Shown here: one piece after another, positions 1 through 13,275 of the stretch
How the letters are laid out: each line of letters opens with the position of its first letter
Position numbering within the stretch: the stretch's first letter is position 1
From: Eukaryota sp. GEM-RC1
Taxonomy: Eukaryota
Length of the DNA stretch: 64,000 bases
Reading direction: 5' to 3'
Assembly: GCA_040285855.1 (NCBI GenBank)
Contig: JAUFOQ010000005.1
Span: forward strand, 62,001-126,000
Translations under genes and position numbers: made by a program
The notes under the pieces: model-generated
The model's database searches: none
The model's input: only the letters and a program-made list of their open reading frames with translations
Told to the model about the DNA's origin: nothing

Positions 1-1131
1 ATTTGAAAAATTATCAACTGACCATTGTAATAAAACAGACTCAAAAGATTTTTCATCAAATAAGGGTTGAATTAAGGTGTACAGATTGTTGTAATCAAAT
101 TGATGAATATCAATTAAAATTAAAATAGAATTTAATTCTTCGCTGGTTAATTCTTGATTTTCAAAAGTTTCTAAAAGACATTGAATAAGCCACCAATTAT
201 CAACAATAGGAAACAACCTTTGAAGTATTTCAACAGACAATGGTAATGAATCGAGTTTCAGGGGTTGGGAAAGATTTTTAAAAACATTTAAAATTTCTTC
301 AACAAATCGAACTTGATGACGAACATTTGCTAAATTCAAAAGTGTCAATAATTCCGAATCAGTAAAAGTATTTGTTAATAAAAACGTCTTACAAGCTTCC
401 AAAAGCTCTTGAACTTGGAAATAAAAGGACAATTGATAAAAACTTAAAACATTTGAAATATCGAGCTTAATTGAGTCTGAATAGAACAAATTAAAAAATT
501 GTTCAAAAATATCTTCTTCTACTCCTTCAAATTCTGATTCATAAGTGATTTTTCGATCATTTGAATCAATAAAACTAGTAGAGAATTGGTTCAGAAAAGT
601 TGCTGACGTGGCAACTAAAATTAGGCTATTTGTTTGAATGTTTACTTCCTTGTAGGTAATTGACACGTCACTAGGAGCAAACTTTCTAAAATTAGAAACA
701 ATCACGTCATGATCTAATTGGAAAGTAAACGTTTCTCTAAAGTTCATTCCAGACTGAACCAGGGAGTGGAGGAAATCAGAAAGAGGTGTGTACTTGAGGT
801 AAGAGACTAAAACACCAAGTGAATAGAGATCGGAAGATGGAAAAGAGACACTTATACCATAGAAGGAGTCCAAGACTTTGAAGAGGAGAGAGGAATCGGG
901 AAGTAGAGGGAAAATGGGATCGAGGTCATCAACTTTGGAGGAAGAAAACAGTTTGGTTTTGAGTAGGTCACTGAAGAGAGAAACAACGGCAGAATGACAA
1001 GGAAACTCGTCATCGTGAAAAGAAATGGATGAGTCAATGAGAACACCTTCTTTACGAAGATTACAAAGCTTTTCAGTGATGGTAGAAGGAGGGAAAGTAA
1101 AGGTTTGGGTAGGAAAAGATTCAGTCCCCAT
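1..1131 (-). CDS. BTB/POZ family protein, copy 1; 5' part only, runs off the window edge
   Basis: ATG at 1131 gives MGTESFPTQTFTFPPSTITEKLCNLRKEGVLIDSS..HDDEFPCHSAVVSLFSDLLK, nearly identical in DNA to about 19740-20860. It is absent from the ORF track, presumably because no stop codon lies inside the window. Confidence 0.85.
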   Translation of the reverse strand, partial: MGTESFPTQTFTFPPSTITEKLCNLRKEGVLIDSSISFHDDEFPCHSAVVSLFSDLLKTKLFSSSKVDDLDPIFPLLPDSSLLFKVLDSFYGISVSFPSSDLYSLGVLVSYLKYTPLSDFLHSLVQSGMNFRETFTFQLDHDVIVSNFRKFAPSDVSITYKEVNIQTNSLILVATSATFLNQFSTSFIDSNDRKITYESEFEGVEEDIFEQFFNLFYSDSIKLDISNVLSFYQLSFYFQVQELLEACKTFLLTNTFTDSELLTLLNLANVRHQVRFVEEILNVFKNLSQPLKLDSLPLSVEILQRLFPIVDNWWLIQCLLETFENQELTSEELNSILILIDIHQFDYNNLYTLIQPLFDEKSFESVLLQWSVDNFSN

Positions 1132-1799
1132 AACAACCAAACTTACAAAGAAATCTGAGATGGAAGGAATTTCAATTCTGGCTGCACAACACACTTCTAC
1201 GAGTTTATCTCAGAACACACCTACTACTAAGACATGGAGAGTAACTCGAGTCTCGAAAAGATCCTGATGAACCTTATTGGATGATGACCAACGATACACA
1301 CAAGTAGTCAGACTCCGAATCGGCTGGCTTACCGCTAATTTGATCTGAATAGCCAAAATTAATAAACTTGAATTGGAAATTATCTTTTTCTGGTAGTACA
1401 TGTATCAGGAAAATGGTTCGAATTTACTCTCATTACGGCTATAATTTGAGTTAAGTGGAGGATTTCTTTCTACTTCAACATAGTCTTGGGGCTATAAAAA
1501 ACTTTGACACATAAGAACAAAAGTTTCTGTTGAGAAAGCAGGAAGTTCGTGAATGCAGATTTTCGTTTATGCACCAGTACTTACGCCAGACTTTGAATTT
1601 AAGGGATTTTTTGTCCTCATCAAATATTCTTCTCTCTAATTATTGCTGTGATTTTCTAGCGATTGGTAAAGGCAAAATTATTCTGTCAGTAAAATTAAAC
1701 AAGATTATTTTTATATATAACCTAACCAAGGACTGCTCAGATTCTGATAGAGAACTTGTTCTTGAACGTTTTAGACACACTGCCGATGTTACAGAAGAG

Positions 1800-2000
1800 A
1801 TGGTTCTACAAAAGCTCGTTCAATCTTTTGGAATTGAATCTTATGGTAATTTGACAAAAATCGTTACATATGAAACACAACTATTTGCAACTACTTTTTG
1901 GAATTAGGAAGTTTGTTTGATAATTTGTTTTAATAGTCCTCATTTATATGTTGTTTTCTAGTTGTGTGTTTCTCTCTGCACATAAATCCGCTTTTTTTGA
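1800..2000 (+). mobile_element. Decayed 3' end of an RLE-type (CRE-like) non-LTR retrotransposon
   Basis: Encodes QSFGIESYGNL and, in a shifted frame, NYFLELGSLFDNLF*. DNA at 1889-1998 is clearly similar to 49934-50040. Confidence 0.5.
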
Positions 2001-2599
2001 AACACAACAGTGGACACATAATGATTTTGCCAATTATTATTTTATGGAACAAAAACACTAAGATAGACACAATTACTAGAACTCAATATCATTAAAGCAA
2101 CAATCATTGCCATTAAAACTCACATCAGCTTTTTCTTCATAAAAAATATTGAGATCTATTAGAGCTTTTGAAACATACCTGAACATGACGCCATTGTGTT
2201 ATTTTGTGAAGTATTATGACATATCATTTAATGTTAATTAATTGCTGCGAATACACCTGAAACAAATGAATCTTTTGTCACACGACATTTTCTAAAGAAC
2301 CTCTCTTCCCCATTACAGTTCCATTCTGACATTATCTGACATTCCTTGTTTATTTGCAAAATCTTTAGCTTAAATGACATATATGATGTTGATGTTATTA
2401 TATCACAACAAACGAATCACAAACTCGTGCTGATGCAAAAGATTATTCAGTATAAGAACTGAAAAAAAAGTGGATATGAAGATGAAAATGAATATTCATA
2501 CATGTAGACTATTGTTGAATAACTATCAATAAATACTGGAAATAGTGGTTGCTTGTCATAATGTCATGTCATGACAAAATTCAATTGGTTGTCATGTCC

Positions 2600-2785
2600 A
2601 GGGATGTTTTGAAATCATGATATGAATTGTTTTAAAGATTGTAAAAACAATACGATTCAACCAAAACTTGAAATCAAATTTCTTGTTCATTCTTTTTGAC
2701 AACTTTCTCAAAATCATAGAGATAACCAAGAGCGTCTTTCCCAAGTCGACCATAAATTGAAATTGCAAAAGGACATAATTTGTAC
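2600..2785 (-). mobile_element. Decayed 3' end of an RLE-type non-LTR retrotransposon
   Basis: Minus strand with one frameshift reads LCPFAISIYGRLGKDALGYLYDFEKVVK..KKFDFKFWLNRIVFTIFKTI, the same motif as at 26200-26330, 48473-48690 and 49740-49930. Confidence 0.55.
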
Positions 2786-2837
2786 TCAACACATTATGAT
2801 GGAATAATATCATCATCTGCATTGTGGGTTGTGAATA

Positions 2838-5776
2838 ATGTTTGGTGAACCTCTACTAAAGAAGAGTCGATATTCTTATCTCCTGGATGACAACAATGGC
2901 CGCTTCGAAGCCTTCTCTAAACCCTTGACTAAACCCTGCTCAACTCCTCAAAGAACTCTCTATTCAACACCCGTACTTCTCCAACGCTCTCTACTGGTGT
3001 TAATCGGTTCTCACTCTCTCAGACGCTTCATGCGATCCTGTTCAGACGCCACTCTCTTTTGCACATCTTATCAAAAATCTTCTTTTCAAAAACCCATGTA
3101 CACCTTCTTTGAAAGATTTGGCTTTGCTAGTCAACATTTGTTCAAAGTCAGTTTCTTGGGGGCCAAGTTATTCTTTGAAACAAACACGTTTTCCCTATCC
3201 TCTTCCTCTCTCCCCAGTGTTAGTGCTATTGCCGCTTTCTTCCATGCCAAGATACGCTCAATTCATCTGTCTGAGTCAAAAAGTCTCAATTCCTACATCA
3301 TCCTTCCTTACACCCACTTCATTTCAAAACTAAGCACGAAGACGTCCACGGTAAAGGTTTTAGACTTGTTAAATGAATCTTCTTCTATATTCTTACCTCA
3401 ACTCAAGGAATTAAGTGTTGATTTTTCTACTGATGACAGTTTTAGTTCTTTTCTAGAGCTCTAGTGTCTAATTCTACAATTCAAGAGTTAGATATACAGT
3501 TTTCCCAGTTAAGTCCAGCTCAACTGGAAGGCATTGAACACGTGTTATTGACTATGAAGACGTTAAAAACTGTCAAATTGCGTGATGATTATTCTTCAAT
3601 TCATGATCATGAATTTTCACGTATTTGTACCGCTCTAACTAAAACTATTGGACTTAAAAATGTTGATCTTCATTATCATAGTCGTGATAAAGATGTCGAA
3701 TGTACTTTTGTATTACCATTATTGAATTGTCCAACTCTAAAGACTTTAAAATTAACATCACGTTCCACTATTGATTCTCAAGTTTTCCCTATACTTGTTA
3801 ATAATAAGTCTTTGGAAGTACTAGAATTGCCATATATTAAATTAAAAGAAAATACTTTTGTGGATATTTGTGAAGTTTTAAAATTCAACAACGTTTTGAA
3901 AAAACTCGCTGTACCAAAGGGAAAATTTTCATTTTCACCAGTTTTCAATTCTTTAATCACTAACAATTCTTTGATTGAGTTGGAAATTCATGATATGTAT
4001 CAACAGTTTTCCAGTGAAGAAACTGAACTTTTCCTTCAAATGTTAAGAGAAAACACTCGGTTACGTATTTTGAGGCTTTCTAATCATAGTTTCGACTCTT
4101 CTTTTATCAATCAAATATTTCAATCACTATCAGTGAATTCGACCTTGATTCAACTTTTCCTACCCCACTTAAAATTACCTGCTTTAGTTGCTTGTTTTGA
4201 AGGTCTTTGTTCCTACAATATTACTACTAATATCGTTTTGTCCTCACATTCAATTGATATTTCCAGTGGATGTATTACTTATACACGTCCTGTTTTTGGA
4301 GGTGAAATACTTTCTCTATTAAACGCATTGAAGTCAGATTTTCCTATTAAATGTTTTAGATTTAGTCAGTGGGAGATAAATTCTCTTAAAATTTTGATGG
4401 AAGCTTTTGAATTGTTTACTATTTATAGATCCGTGATAGTTGCTGATTTCCCTTTACGGAATAAGCTTGTCAATCTTGACGATCGTCTGTTTTGTTATAA
4501 TCCTGATAATGAAAAGCATCTAAGTGCTGATGAAATATCTGATCTGCAGACATTTTTAGAATTTCATGAAATTGTTGAACTTTCTCTTGAAGGATGTAGG
4601 TTTTGTGAGAAGTCTCTTACCAGTTTACGTGAGTTAATCACAGTTAATACTACTTTGAATTTCATTGACCTCAGTCACTGTGAGTTGTCTAGTGATGATA
4701 TTTTAAATGTTTTTGGTGATATCTCAGATAGTTCTAGTCTAACTAACATCAATCTTAGTGAAAATAATTTTTCTTTTATTGGTCTTTTGAGAATTTTTGA
4801 AATATTTGCTGCTGATGATTCTATGATTTCGACTGTTGACGTTTCCCCTTATAGCATTAATTTATCTTCTGGATCTATTCAATATCAGAAAAAAATCACA
4901 GACGATGATTTGCTCTATCTATTAGACCTTGTCAACTCTGATGTACCAATATCCCGCATTTCTCATGATGGTTTCGTTAATGCAAGTCTCCACACTATGT
5001 TACTTTGCATTGAACTTCGTCACTCAAACTCTGATTTAATTGAAATGTATGTCACTCCTAAAATGTTAAAAGTTGGTAACAGAAGCTTTTGTTTCTGTCC
5101 ACAAAAAACGTATTTGGGACCTTCTCCTTCAGATTTGTTTCATTTACAATGTTTTTTAGATCGATTTGGTTACAAAAAGTTGATGTTACGAGGCTGTGAT
5201 TTTTATGATTCTCATGATACTAGTATACGTGATTTAATAACAGCTTCTGTTACTCTAACTTCTGTAGAGATCAGTTATTGTCAGTTATCTTGTCGGAATA
5301 TTACAAAAATGTTTAGTGATTTTAAACTCAGTCCTGATTCTGTATTGACTCGAATTAATCTCAATCGGAATTCTATTGGCAATGAGGGTTTAATAGCGTT
5401 AACTGAAGCATTAAAAGTAAATCCAATAACAGAGATTTGTCTACAGTTTAATTCTATTGGTAATGAAGGTGTAACATCATTGGCCGAGGCATTAAAATCT
5501 GGTACTACAGTTTCTACAATCTATCTACGATCAAACTCAATTAGTAATGAAGGTGCCATTGCATTAGCAGATGCTTTAAAGTATAATACCACAGTTTCGC
5601 TCTTGTATCTTCAATCAAATTTGATTGGAAATGAAGGAGCTATGGCATTGGCAGATGCTTTAGAAGTAAATACCACAGTCAAAGAAATTAATCTTCGTAA
5701 TAATCCGATTGATTTACAGACTCAAGTTAATACTAGTAGTTCGTCACGTGATCGAATGAGATATTCATTTTGGTAG
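2838..5776 (+). CDS. Ribonuclease-inhibitor/NLRC3-type leucine-rich repeat protein with an unnamed N-terminal domain (one frameshift near 3450)
   Basis: 28-aa LRRs of the form INLNRNSIGNEGLIALTEALKVN. ORFs 2838-3464 and 3464-5776 join if one T is added to the T-run near 3450 (..SSFSRALVSNSTIQEL). Confidence 0.85.
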
Positions 5777-7872
5777 TGTGCTTGATGTTTTTCCTGTAAG
5801 TAAACAGGACATCACGTTGGAGTTTAAGATCAAATGAAATTTAATAGATTTATTGATAATATATGTACCGTGTTTGTATCTCAAATTGTGATAAATCCCA
5901 AAGCTATTTTTAAAATGCAGACTGTTGTCTGTTAGTGTATGACGTGTTATTGGGCTCTTTGATTAAGATTTAAAGAACAAGTCATTTGAGATTTTGATGT
6001 TCGGATGTTTGTGTGTAGAATTGTATAGTGTAGTATCATTCAAAATGTTTGTTTTAAGTTAATATTTAATACATAAAAAGACCTTAATACAGTAGTATGT
6101 ATTCATTTTCTGAGTTAAGAAATGTACACAAATTGTTACAATTAGAGTTTCTTTATAATAGTGTTCTAATAAAATTGCAACATGACAGTGTCTGCAGTAA
6201 GTTTAAGAAGTTAACGTAGTTTGAAGATATAATACATTTCAACTGGCATGAAATTTATGAACATTTACCTGTGAGGTTACTGTTATAGAACAGCAGGATG
6301 GATGGTTTCAATTCGCGTCATCCAGGAGATAAAAAGATCACGTCATATCACGTATGAAGAAAGGACGAATGATGTCACATCTTCATTTTTTGTGAGATAA
6401 ATCACAAAAGATGTTATGTTAAAAAGTTTTAACGCAACACTTACGACAAAATGTTGAGTGTTTTTAAAATGCTTATACTGACACACTATACTAATATTTT
6501 TGAATTTCTTCAAGAGATGTAAACAAATACATGAAAATAGAGTATTGTTGTAAAGCGCAATTATTGCAATATCTTGCGTTACGAAACAATTGATGACGTT
6601 GCAATCCAAGTAGAGATTGTAGATGTAACTCCTAAACAATACATGCTTTTCGTAGATTTGTCCTGAACTTCCAATTACTTATTTTCTGTTCGGGTCTGAT
6701 TTTTTAGCTGAAATAGTATTTTTTCTATATTTTTGACAGTCAACAAAAAGAATGAGAGTCAGTTTTAACTATCATAAGTTGTTTCGCACTTCTTTTTGAG
6801 GGACGTGTGGTTGTGTGTTCCATGGTTGTCACTAAGATGCTAATTATGGATAACTGATAGTTGAAGAGAATAACAATGATACATAACAAGATATGTGACT
6901 CATCAACATTCTACTAAAATATTTGTTTAACACTGGTGTTCTTGAGAAATATAGTGTTGATGTTTACAGAAGTATCGTTCACAGAATTGTTGAGTGGTGA
7001 ACCGGAATTTATCTCTCTCGCCACATGTCATTTCCAGGCGTTTTCAGTATCAGTAAGTTGATTATTATACGATAATAACTGATGTAATACTCTTAGAGTC
7101 AAAAATGAATTAAAAATAATTTATGCAAAAATGCATGACTGGTTGAACTTATGCATATATGCATACATTATGCGTTTTCTGTTAGGATCTAGACCTTTCT
7201 TCTTAACAAGAACAAGTTGTTTTAAAGAAAGAACACCACAAAACACATCTATTTCCTTCCATCAAGTCCATCATGTTGGTGTATGGTGACCTAGAAATTT
7301 CAGTACAAAAGGAAGAAAGTAGAGAATCAAAGTGAGAAAAACGGTTGTTTACATATAACCTTCAGTTTGTGCTAAGTGGCTTATGGACGTAGCAACTGCT
7401 CCAGGACACAACTTAGAAGGCAACAGTATGTCGCCTATTTATTGAAGTTATTCACAATAAGTCAACACTGAGTACACAGTCAATCAAGTTCTAACTAATA
7501 GTCAACTCAAACTGAGTGATAAAAAACTGTCATTGTTAAGTATTGGAAGTGCAAGTTGTTTGAAAAAATCAACACGTGGCACGCAGAAATGACAATGAAA
7601 ATTTCCTTCCACAACTTCAAATTGTGTTTTTTCAATTTTATGTCTCTATTTTCAAAATGTAGTTCTATTCGTTGGATGAAGGAATTTCATCTGCTCAGAA
7701 TTTCATTTATACCTGTTATTTTGATATTTCCATCTTCCTCCTTTTTGAAAACCAAGTTTATGCAAATGTGCATAAATGCATAAACTTCTTTTAAGACACA
7801 TTCAGTCAAAAAATCTAACCATTGAACAAGTGGTACATCAAGAATTGTTTACATCCCAGTTCATCTATCGGA

Positions 7873-8840
7873 TTACGGATACGACTCCTGAAATGTTGCC
7901 AAAGCTGTAACAAACTTTTTGATACTGCGGGACTTTTTAGTTCGTGATGGTGTGACTGGCAGCTGTTCGGCTGGATCCTGAAAAGAGGTTTGACTTTGTC
8001 TTTCTAAATCAGCCTGCAGGCCCTTTTCCACCAGTTCAGCTACATTGTTGGAGAATTCCTCCATTCGTTCGTCCAATTTGCTTTCTACAATGGTATCAAT
8101 CAAGGATCCAAACTTATCCGTAGTATGAGGAAAAGGCGTTATTTATTGATAATTTGTAATGTTACGGCAACGTTACTGCAACAACACTGCAACAAACTTA
8201 TGCATAAGTGCATATACGAGTGTCATTGTCTAATTACTACAACTAAGTAAATGCGTTAATTATTTGTCAAGATTATCTAAAAAGCTATTACTTTCCTGAA
8301 AGACACCTCTGGTAGTCTCGTGACATTTTGCAGTAGTTAAACCAATGTAACGTTCAGTCACCCTAACTGAATGATGGCCAAAAATCTGCTGGAGTATGGC
8401 CAAATCTTTGTATAGATTGGATTGTAGTTGTGCATTCCAAACTTTTAGCGCATACTGTGTGTCCCAATGTTAAGTTTGATCCCAGCCTTGCGTTTGGCGT
8501 CCTTGAGGATACGTCATATTTATAGTTTCTTTGTTGTCACAAAACGACATTCGACACTTGGCCTCTAGATCATAGTACATGATGAGAGCCTGTGTTGGAT
8601 ATGACTCTAAAATGTTGTCAAAGCAGCAACAAACTGTTTGACACTACGGGACTTTTTGGTTCTGGATGGAGTTACTGGCACTTGCTCGGCTGTATCTTGA
8701 CAAGTGGCTTCCTTTTTTCTTTCAATCTCAGCCTGCAAGCCCTTTTCTACTAGTTGAGCTACCTGATTGGAGAATTCATCTATTCGTTTGTTCCATTTCA
8801 TTTCTACAATATCTGCAACAAGTGATTCAAACTTATCCTA
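7873..8840 (-). repeat. Diverged direct duplication (about 7890-8120 and 8605-8840) encoding a short unknown peptide
   Basis: Both copies encode EFSNxVAxLVEKGLQA..AEQxPVTPSRTKKSRSxKxFVxAL. Confidence 0.75.
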
Positions 8841-9244
8841 GACGAATGGAGTCACATTTTTGGTGGTCCAAATATCCAAAGTTACCTACAAGTTGCGTAC
8901 CGAGGTTCAGTCATATGTTCTAGTTATTTTCATAAAATTTCTTGTTTTTTTCTTGTTTTTTCAAAACTACATCTCGTTGAACAGTGTTCCGAAAAATTGT
9001 GTCGTAGTGAGGACACAACCAGTTATCTTCTGAACAAAGGACGTTCCACTTCTAAAAAGGATGGCGTCCCGCAATGGTGTATTCATTAATCAGTCCTCGA
9101 AAAGGACTGTTGGGTCTTAGTTAGTTTTTTTGAATAATTTGAATACGATGACATTGAGCTATGGTCGACAGTAAAGCTGTTGATGAAGAAAAAAGTGACA
9201 CAATACAAATCATATACTATACTCCTAAAATCAATTTTACACTA

Positions 9245-9339
9245 CGGTCTGCCCTGTCATTAACGGACACCTCTCAATAGTGGAAACCTGGCATTAGTGA
9301 CCCCTTTTATTTAGGAGTCACTAATGACAGGGCAGGCTG
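9245..9339. mobile_element. 95-bp Tc1/mariner-pogo-type MITE
   Basis: TIRs CGGTCTGCCCTGTCATTA / TAATGACAGGGCAGGCTG (16/18 match), flanked by TA on both sides. Confidence 0.7.
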
Positions 9340-9684
9340 TACAAGCAAAGAATATCTTGTTATTAAGATAATTTTTAAGAAACACCGAATTTGAATCTGA
9401 ATCTAAACTTGAGAAAAACAGTGGTTAAAAAATACTGTTCAACATCGAAATTATTACAATATATTACCATACAAAATGAGGCTGCAATACAGTATTGGAA
9501 TAAAAATGTACAATATTGCAATTATTGCGAAAGTGTAATATTTTTGACAGTCCTGAGATGAACTAACAAGCACAGCTAAAGGTTTATCAGTACGTCTTTC
9601 CAGCTGCTGCATATCGTGTCATTTAAAACTGAGATTTACACATTTTTTGTAATTATTTGTTCAAAGTGTTATAAATTTAGCTTA

Positions 9685-11354
9685 TCGTTGAGGTCCCAAT
9701 GCAAGCAACCTAAAATACTACACAAGCATACCCTTTACTATGTTTGTATTGGAACCTTGCTTGTATTAGGGTCCTATATATCTCCATAATCAAATATTAA
9801 TCATTACAAGATCACTAATATTGAAGATGATACTTACTAACGTCAATCAGTTATCTTTAAAATATACTGATCAATCCTGACAAACAGGTAGATCAATCGA
9901 ACCAAAATAGACATCAAAATGTGACACATCTACAATTTCTTGGTCAAACAAGGTTTTCGTTAATCTCGTAAAAAGTCGACCGCCGTTAAATCAAACGCTT
10001 TCCTAAAGCTAGTGTCAATAGAACAGAGATCATTGCCGTAAAAATTGAGAAACTTCATTGTATCATCGTTTCCTAGAAGTTTAGCTATTCTTGCGTTACA
10101 GACTTGTCCATCAGGTAGGGGTGGGCAAAAGTTAACCCACTAAAGTCAAACTCAACTAGACTAACGACGTACCAAAGTGAAACGGTAAATTCATTAGTTG
10201 CACTAACACTAAACCAACAAGCAATTAGTCGAGTGAAAACTAAATTCAGATTCCTTTAGTCGGGTGAAAACTAAACTAAATTGAATTTTGGTGCACTAAA
10301 CCAAAAGTTAGTGTGAATTAACGTACGTTAAACTAAAATTGTATAATTTGTAATTACATGTATTTGTTCAAACAAAAACTTAATCATCCTTTATTCAAAC
10401 AACTAATAAGATCACACTAAAACCAATAATCAATCATATTCAACTACATTGTACACTATCGATCATCTACTCGTCCCAATTTCCAATGTCCAACCACAAT
10501 TTCAAACACAATTGACTTCTAACCTTTGTGTCGGAAGGACAACTTCTCTTACGCGATACTAAGTTACCAGCACTGGCAATAACACGTGCACATGGTACAG
10601 AGGTAGGTTGGATTCAATTTGAGGGGCTTTTTTGAGAGAGAAGCTATAGGGCTCAGTGTCAGACTCAACCTCATTTAGAAGATGGTGAATTCATTGAACT
10701 ACTTGTTATGAGGTTAAGAAGATGTAAGACATTTTATTTAGAAGATCAAATTTTTAAGATTAGTGACTCATCATTACAATGTTGTTGATTTACTAGCTGT
10801 ATTTATCTTTAGAATTTACTTTTACCTTACCCCTTATAAACCTATGTTCAACTCGAACTCAAATACTAGCGTGACCCTAGGAAAAGTCAACAGTGTAAAA
10901 ACAAATTAGTTTAATTTGAGTTAACCCACACTAAATGTCTTTAGTCGGGTGAAAACTAAATTCTGATTTCCTTAGTCGGATGAAAACTAAACTAAACTGT
11001 CATTAGTTGGGTGAAAACTAAATGCTGGTTTCAATAGTCACACCAAAGTTAAACCAAAGTATGTGCACGAATTGGTGCACCAAAGTTAACTTTTAGTACC
11101 GGGTTAACCTACCAAATTGACTTTATGCCCACCCCTACCATCAGGTGCTCCAGTTTTTTTCAAATTATAATGGCTAAGAACATATGTAACTACTAAATGA
11201 AATCTATGAATAATTCCAATATGACTCTATGCGGTTGTATATATAGAGATCAGTATTTTTTAAAAGAAACCTTGATGTTTGTTAAGTGAAACGATACAAG
11301 CATACCCTCTACTTATCTTGTTTTAGGACCTTGTTTGTATTGGGACCTCGACGA
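9685..11354. mobile_element. Non-autonomous TA-flanked DNA element that hosts a nested hAT derivative
   Basis: Imperfect TIRs TCGTTGAGGTCCCAATGCAAGCAA / TTGTTTGTATTGGGACCTCGACGA, each bordered by TA. ACAAGCATACCCT recurs near both ends. Confidence 0.6.
10116..11137 (-). mobile_element. Non-autonomous hAT deletion derivative (1022 bp)
   Basis: TIRs TAGGGGTGGGCA / TGCCCACCCCTA, perfect 8-bp TSD CCATCAGG (10108-10115, 11138-11145), and subterminal TTAGTCGGGTGAAAACTAAA repeats. An internal minus-strand remnant IQPTSVPCARVIASAGNLVSRKRSCPSDTKVRSQLCLKLW resembles the hAT C-terminal dimerisation domain. Confidence 0.92.
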
Positions 11355-12322
11355 TAGATTTTGTACTACATAATGGGCAAATACAGTACACCTTCCCAAT
11401 ATGATCACGTGTCGGATTGGTCATATTGGAAGGTTAAACTGTCGTCCAAAGATAATATCGGCAGACCCTTTGCAGGTCGTTTCTATTAGTAATTACATCG
11501 GCTATTGAAATAGATCTAAGGGTGATGACAACGTACAACGTCTTTCACAGAACTCTAACAAAACAACATTTTGTCACGTGACAAATGTTTTTAGAAGATT
11601 CACTTTCCGTTCTGAAAATGTCAAATACATTCAATAAGGTAGAAAATAAACCAGTTTTCAATAAAGTTGTGGATTTGAGATGTATTGAATACATTTGTTG
11701 TGATTGAATTCTAATGTAAGAATCCAGTCTGTTCCAAACTGTTTGAGCAGAATTTTTGTACATTTCTCATTAAATATTTTGGACAAGGGTAATTTCCTAA
11801 AGGTCACGGAAATACACCACCGAGATAGTCTTCAATGTAGTTTGTATCTTTGACGTCATAGACATAGTTCCGAAGTCAACATCGGAACATGACGTCACCA
11901 TAGTTGTGATGTTCTAATGCTGTGGTCTGTCAATCAGCCCCAATTGAGTTGTTTTATTTGAACTTATTACACTCCTTACGATTTCAGTTTTAAGTGTGCG
12001 CAAAGTATTTGATGTTCTTGTACAATGAACTGAGGACATTGTGATAACAAGTGAATACAAGTCTTCCATTAAGTAAGATGTTCTGCTGGTAAAGTGCGTA
12101 TATTATCATTCTACAGAGTCATTTCGAAATAAGCAAGTGAATGATATGAACCTGTCCATTTGATCACATAGTCAATGTAGCACCTGTATAACTATGAGTA
12201 ATACTTTATCAGACCCAATAAAGACCAATATAGGAAGATGATAGGTTAGGAGAGAATCTAAAAGGTGAATTTACTGACTCCAAATATAATTAATTTAAAT
12301 ATTTTAGAGAACGAATGAAGGA

Positions 12323-13275
12323 CTATTGTAAGTGAAAACCTATAATCTCAATTTTACTATTGGATTTTAACGCTTCTGCCAATGCTATAGCACCTTCAGC
12401 ACCAATGGAATTTTCTGAAAGATCAATACTTGTCACAACAGTATTAACTTTTAACGCTTCTGCCAATGCTCTAGCACCTTCAGCTCCAATGGAATTTTCT
12501 GAAAGATCAATACTTGTCACAACAGTATTAACTTTTAACGCTTCTGCCAATGCTATAGCACCTTCAGCTCCAATGGAATTTTCTGAAAGATCGATATCTG
12601 TTACGGAAACATTGTTTTTGATTACATCTGCCAATGCTCTTGCACCTTCATCCCCAAAAGCGTTTACACGTAAAGAAACACGTGTTATTGTATGACTTAC
12701 GTTCAACATCTTCATTAATGACATTGAAGCAGAAGAATCAAGATACAAACGGAGCTTTGTATAGTCAAACTAAAAGAAGTTTTGTTCAGAAACTCTAAGT
12801 CATTTTGATTCGCTAGTGTAACTTTCAATCCACAAATGACATGAGAGAAAGCAGAGAGTTCCTTCATTGTATTGATGGTCTTAAGATGTAGAAAAACTGA
12901 CTGTACTTCTGCATCAAAGAAAGCAGCAAATAAATAGAGTTGAGGGAAGTCGTTAGGTACTACATGAAAAGTATGTGTGCGAAAGACCATCTTAACAGCT
13001 AGAAGAGAAGATTCAAAGAAATAAAGGCTTACATGGCCAACATTTTTAAAGAATGTAGACACTTCCTGCTTCAAACTGCGCAGAGTAAGAGAAGGTGCAT
13101 CATGAATGACTTCGGAAGACTTACAAAGACGTTTGATCAAGTGGAAATGAATCAAAACCAGCAAAGACTGTTGAAATTGTAAGCATGTTTGTCCATTGGT
13201 AGGATTTTTCGTGGTGGAATGAATTAAGAATGTAGAAGAAGACTTAGTCATTGGTTGGAATGATGTACTGTACAT
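12323..13275 (-). CDS. Short RI/NLRC3-type LRR protein, paralogue of 2838-5776 (frameshift near 12770; possibly a pseudogene)
   Basis: N-terminal QQSLLVLIHFHLIKRL..FRTHTF..FAAFFDAEVQSVFL aligns with QRSLLVLIGSHSLRRF..FETNTF..IAAFFHAKIRSIHL. C-terminal IDLSENSIGAEGAxALAEALKVN repeats. Confidence 0.75.
12365..12592 (-). repeat. Near-identical 84-bp tandem repeats (about 2.7 copies) encoding LRR units
   Basis: Units start at 12365, 12449 and 12533 and differ at only a few bases. Confidence 0.95.

Noticed and set aside
12360..12695. Plus-strand 111-aa repetitive ORF
   Set aside because: It is the antisense shadow of the 84-bp LRR repeats.
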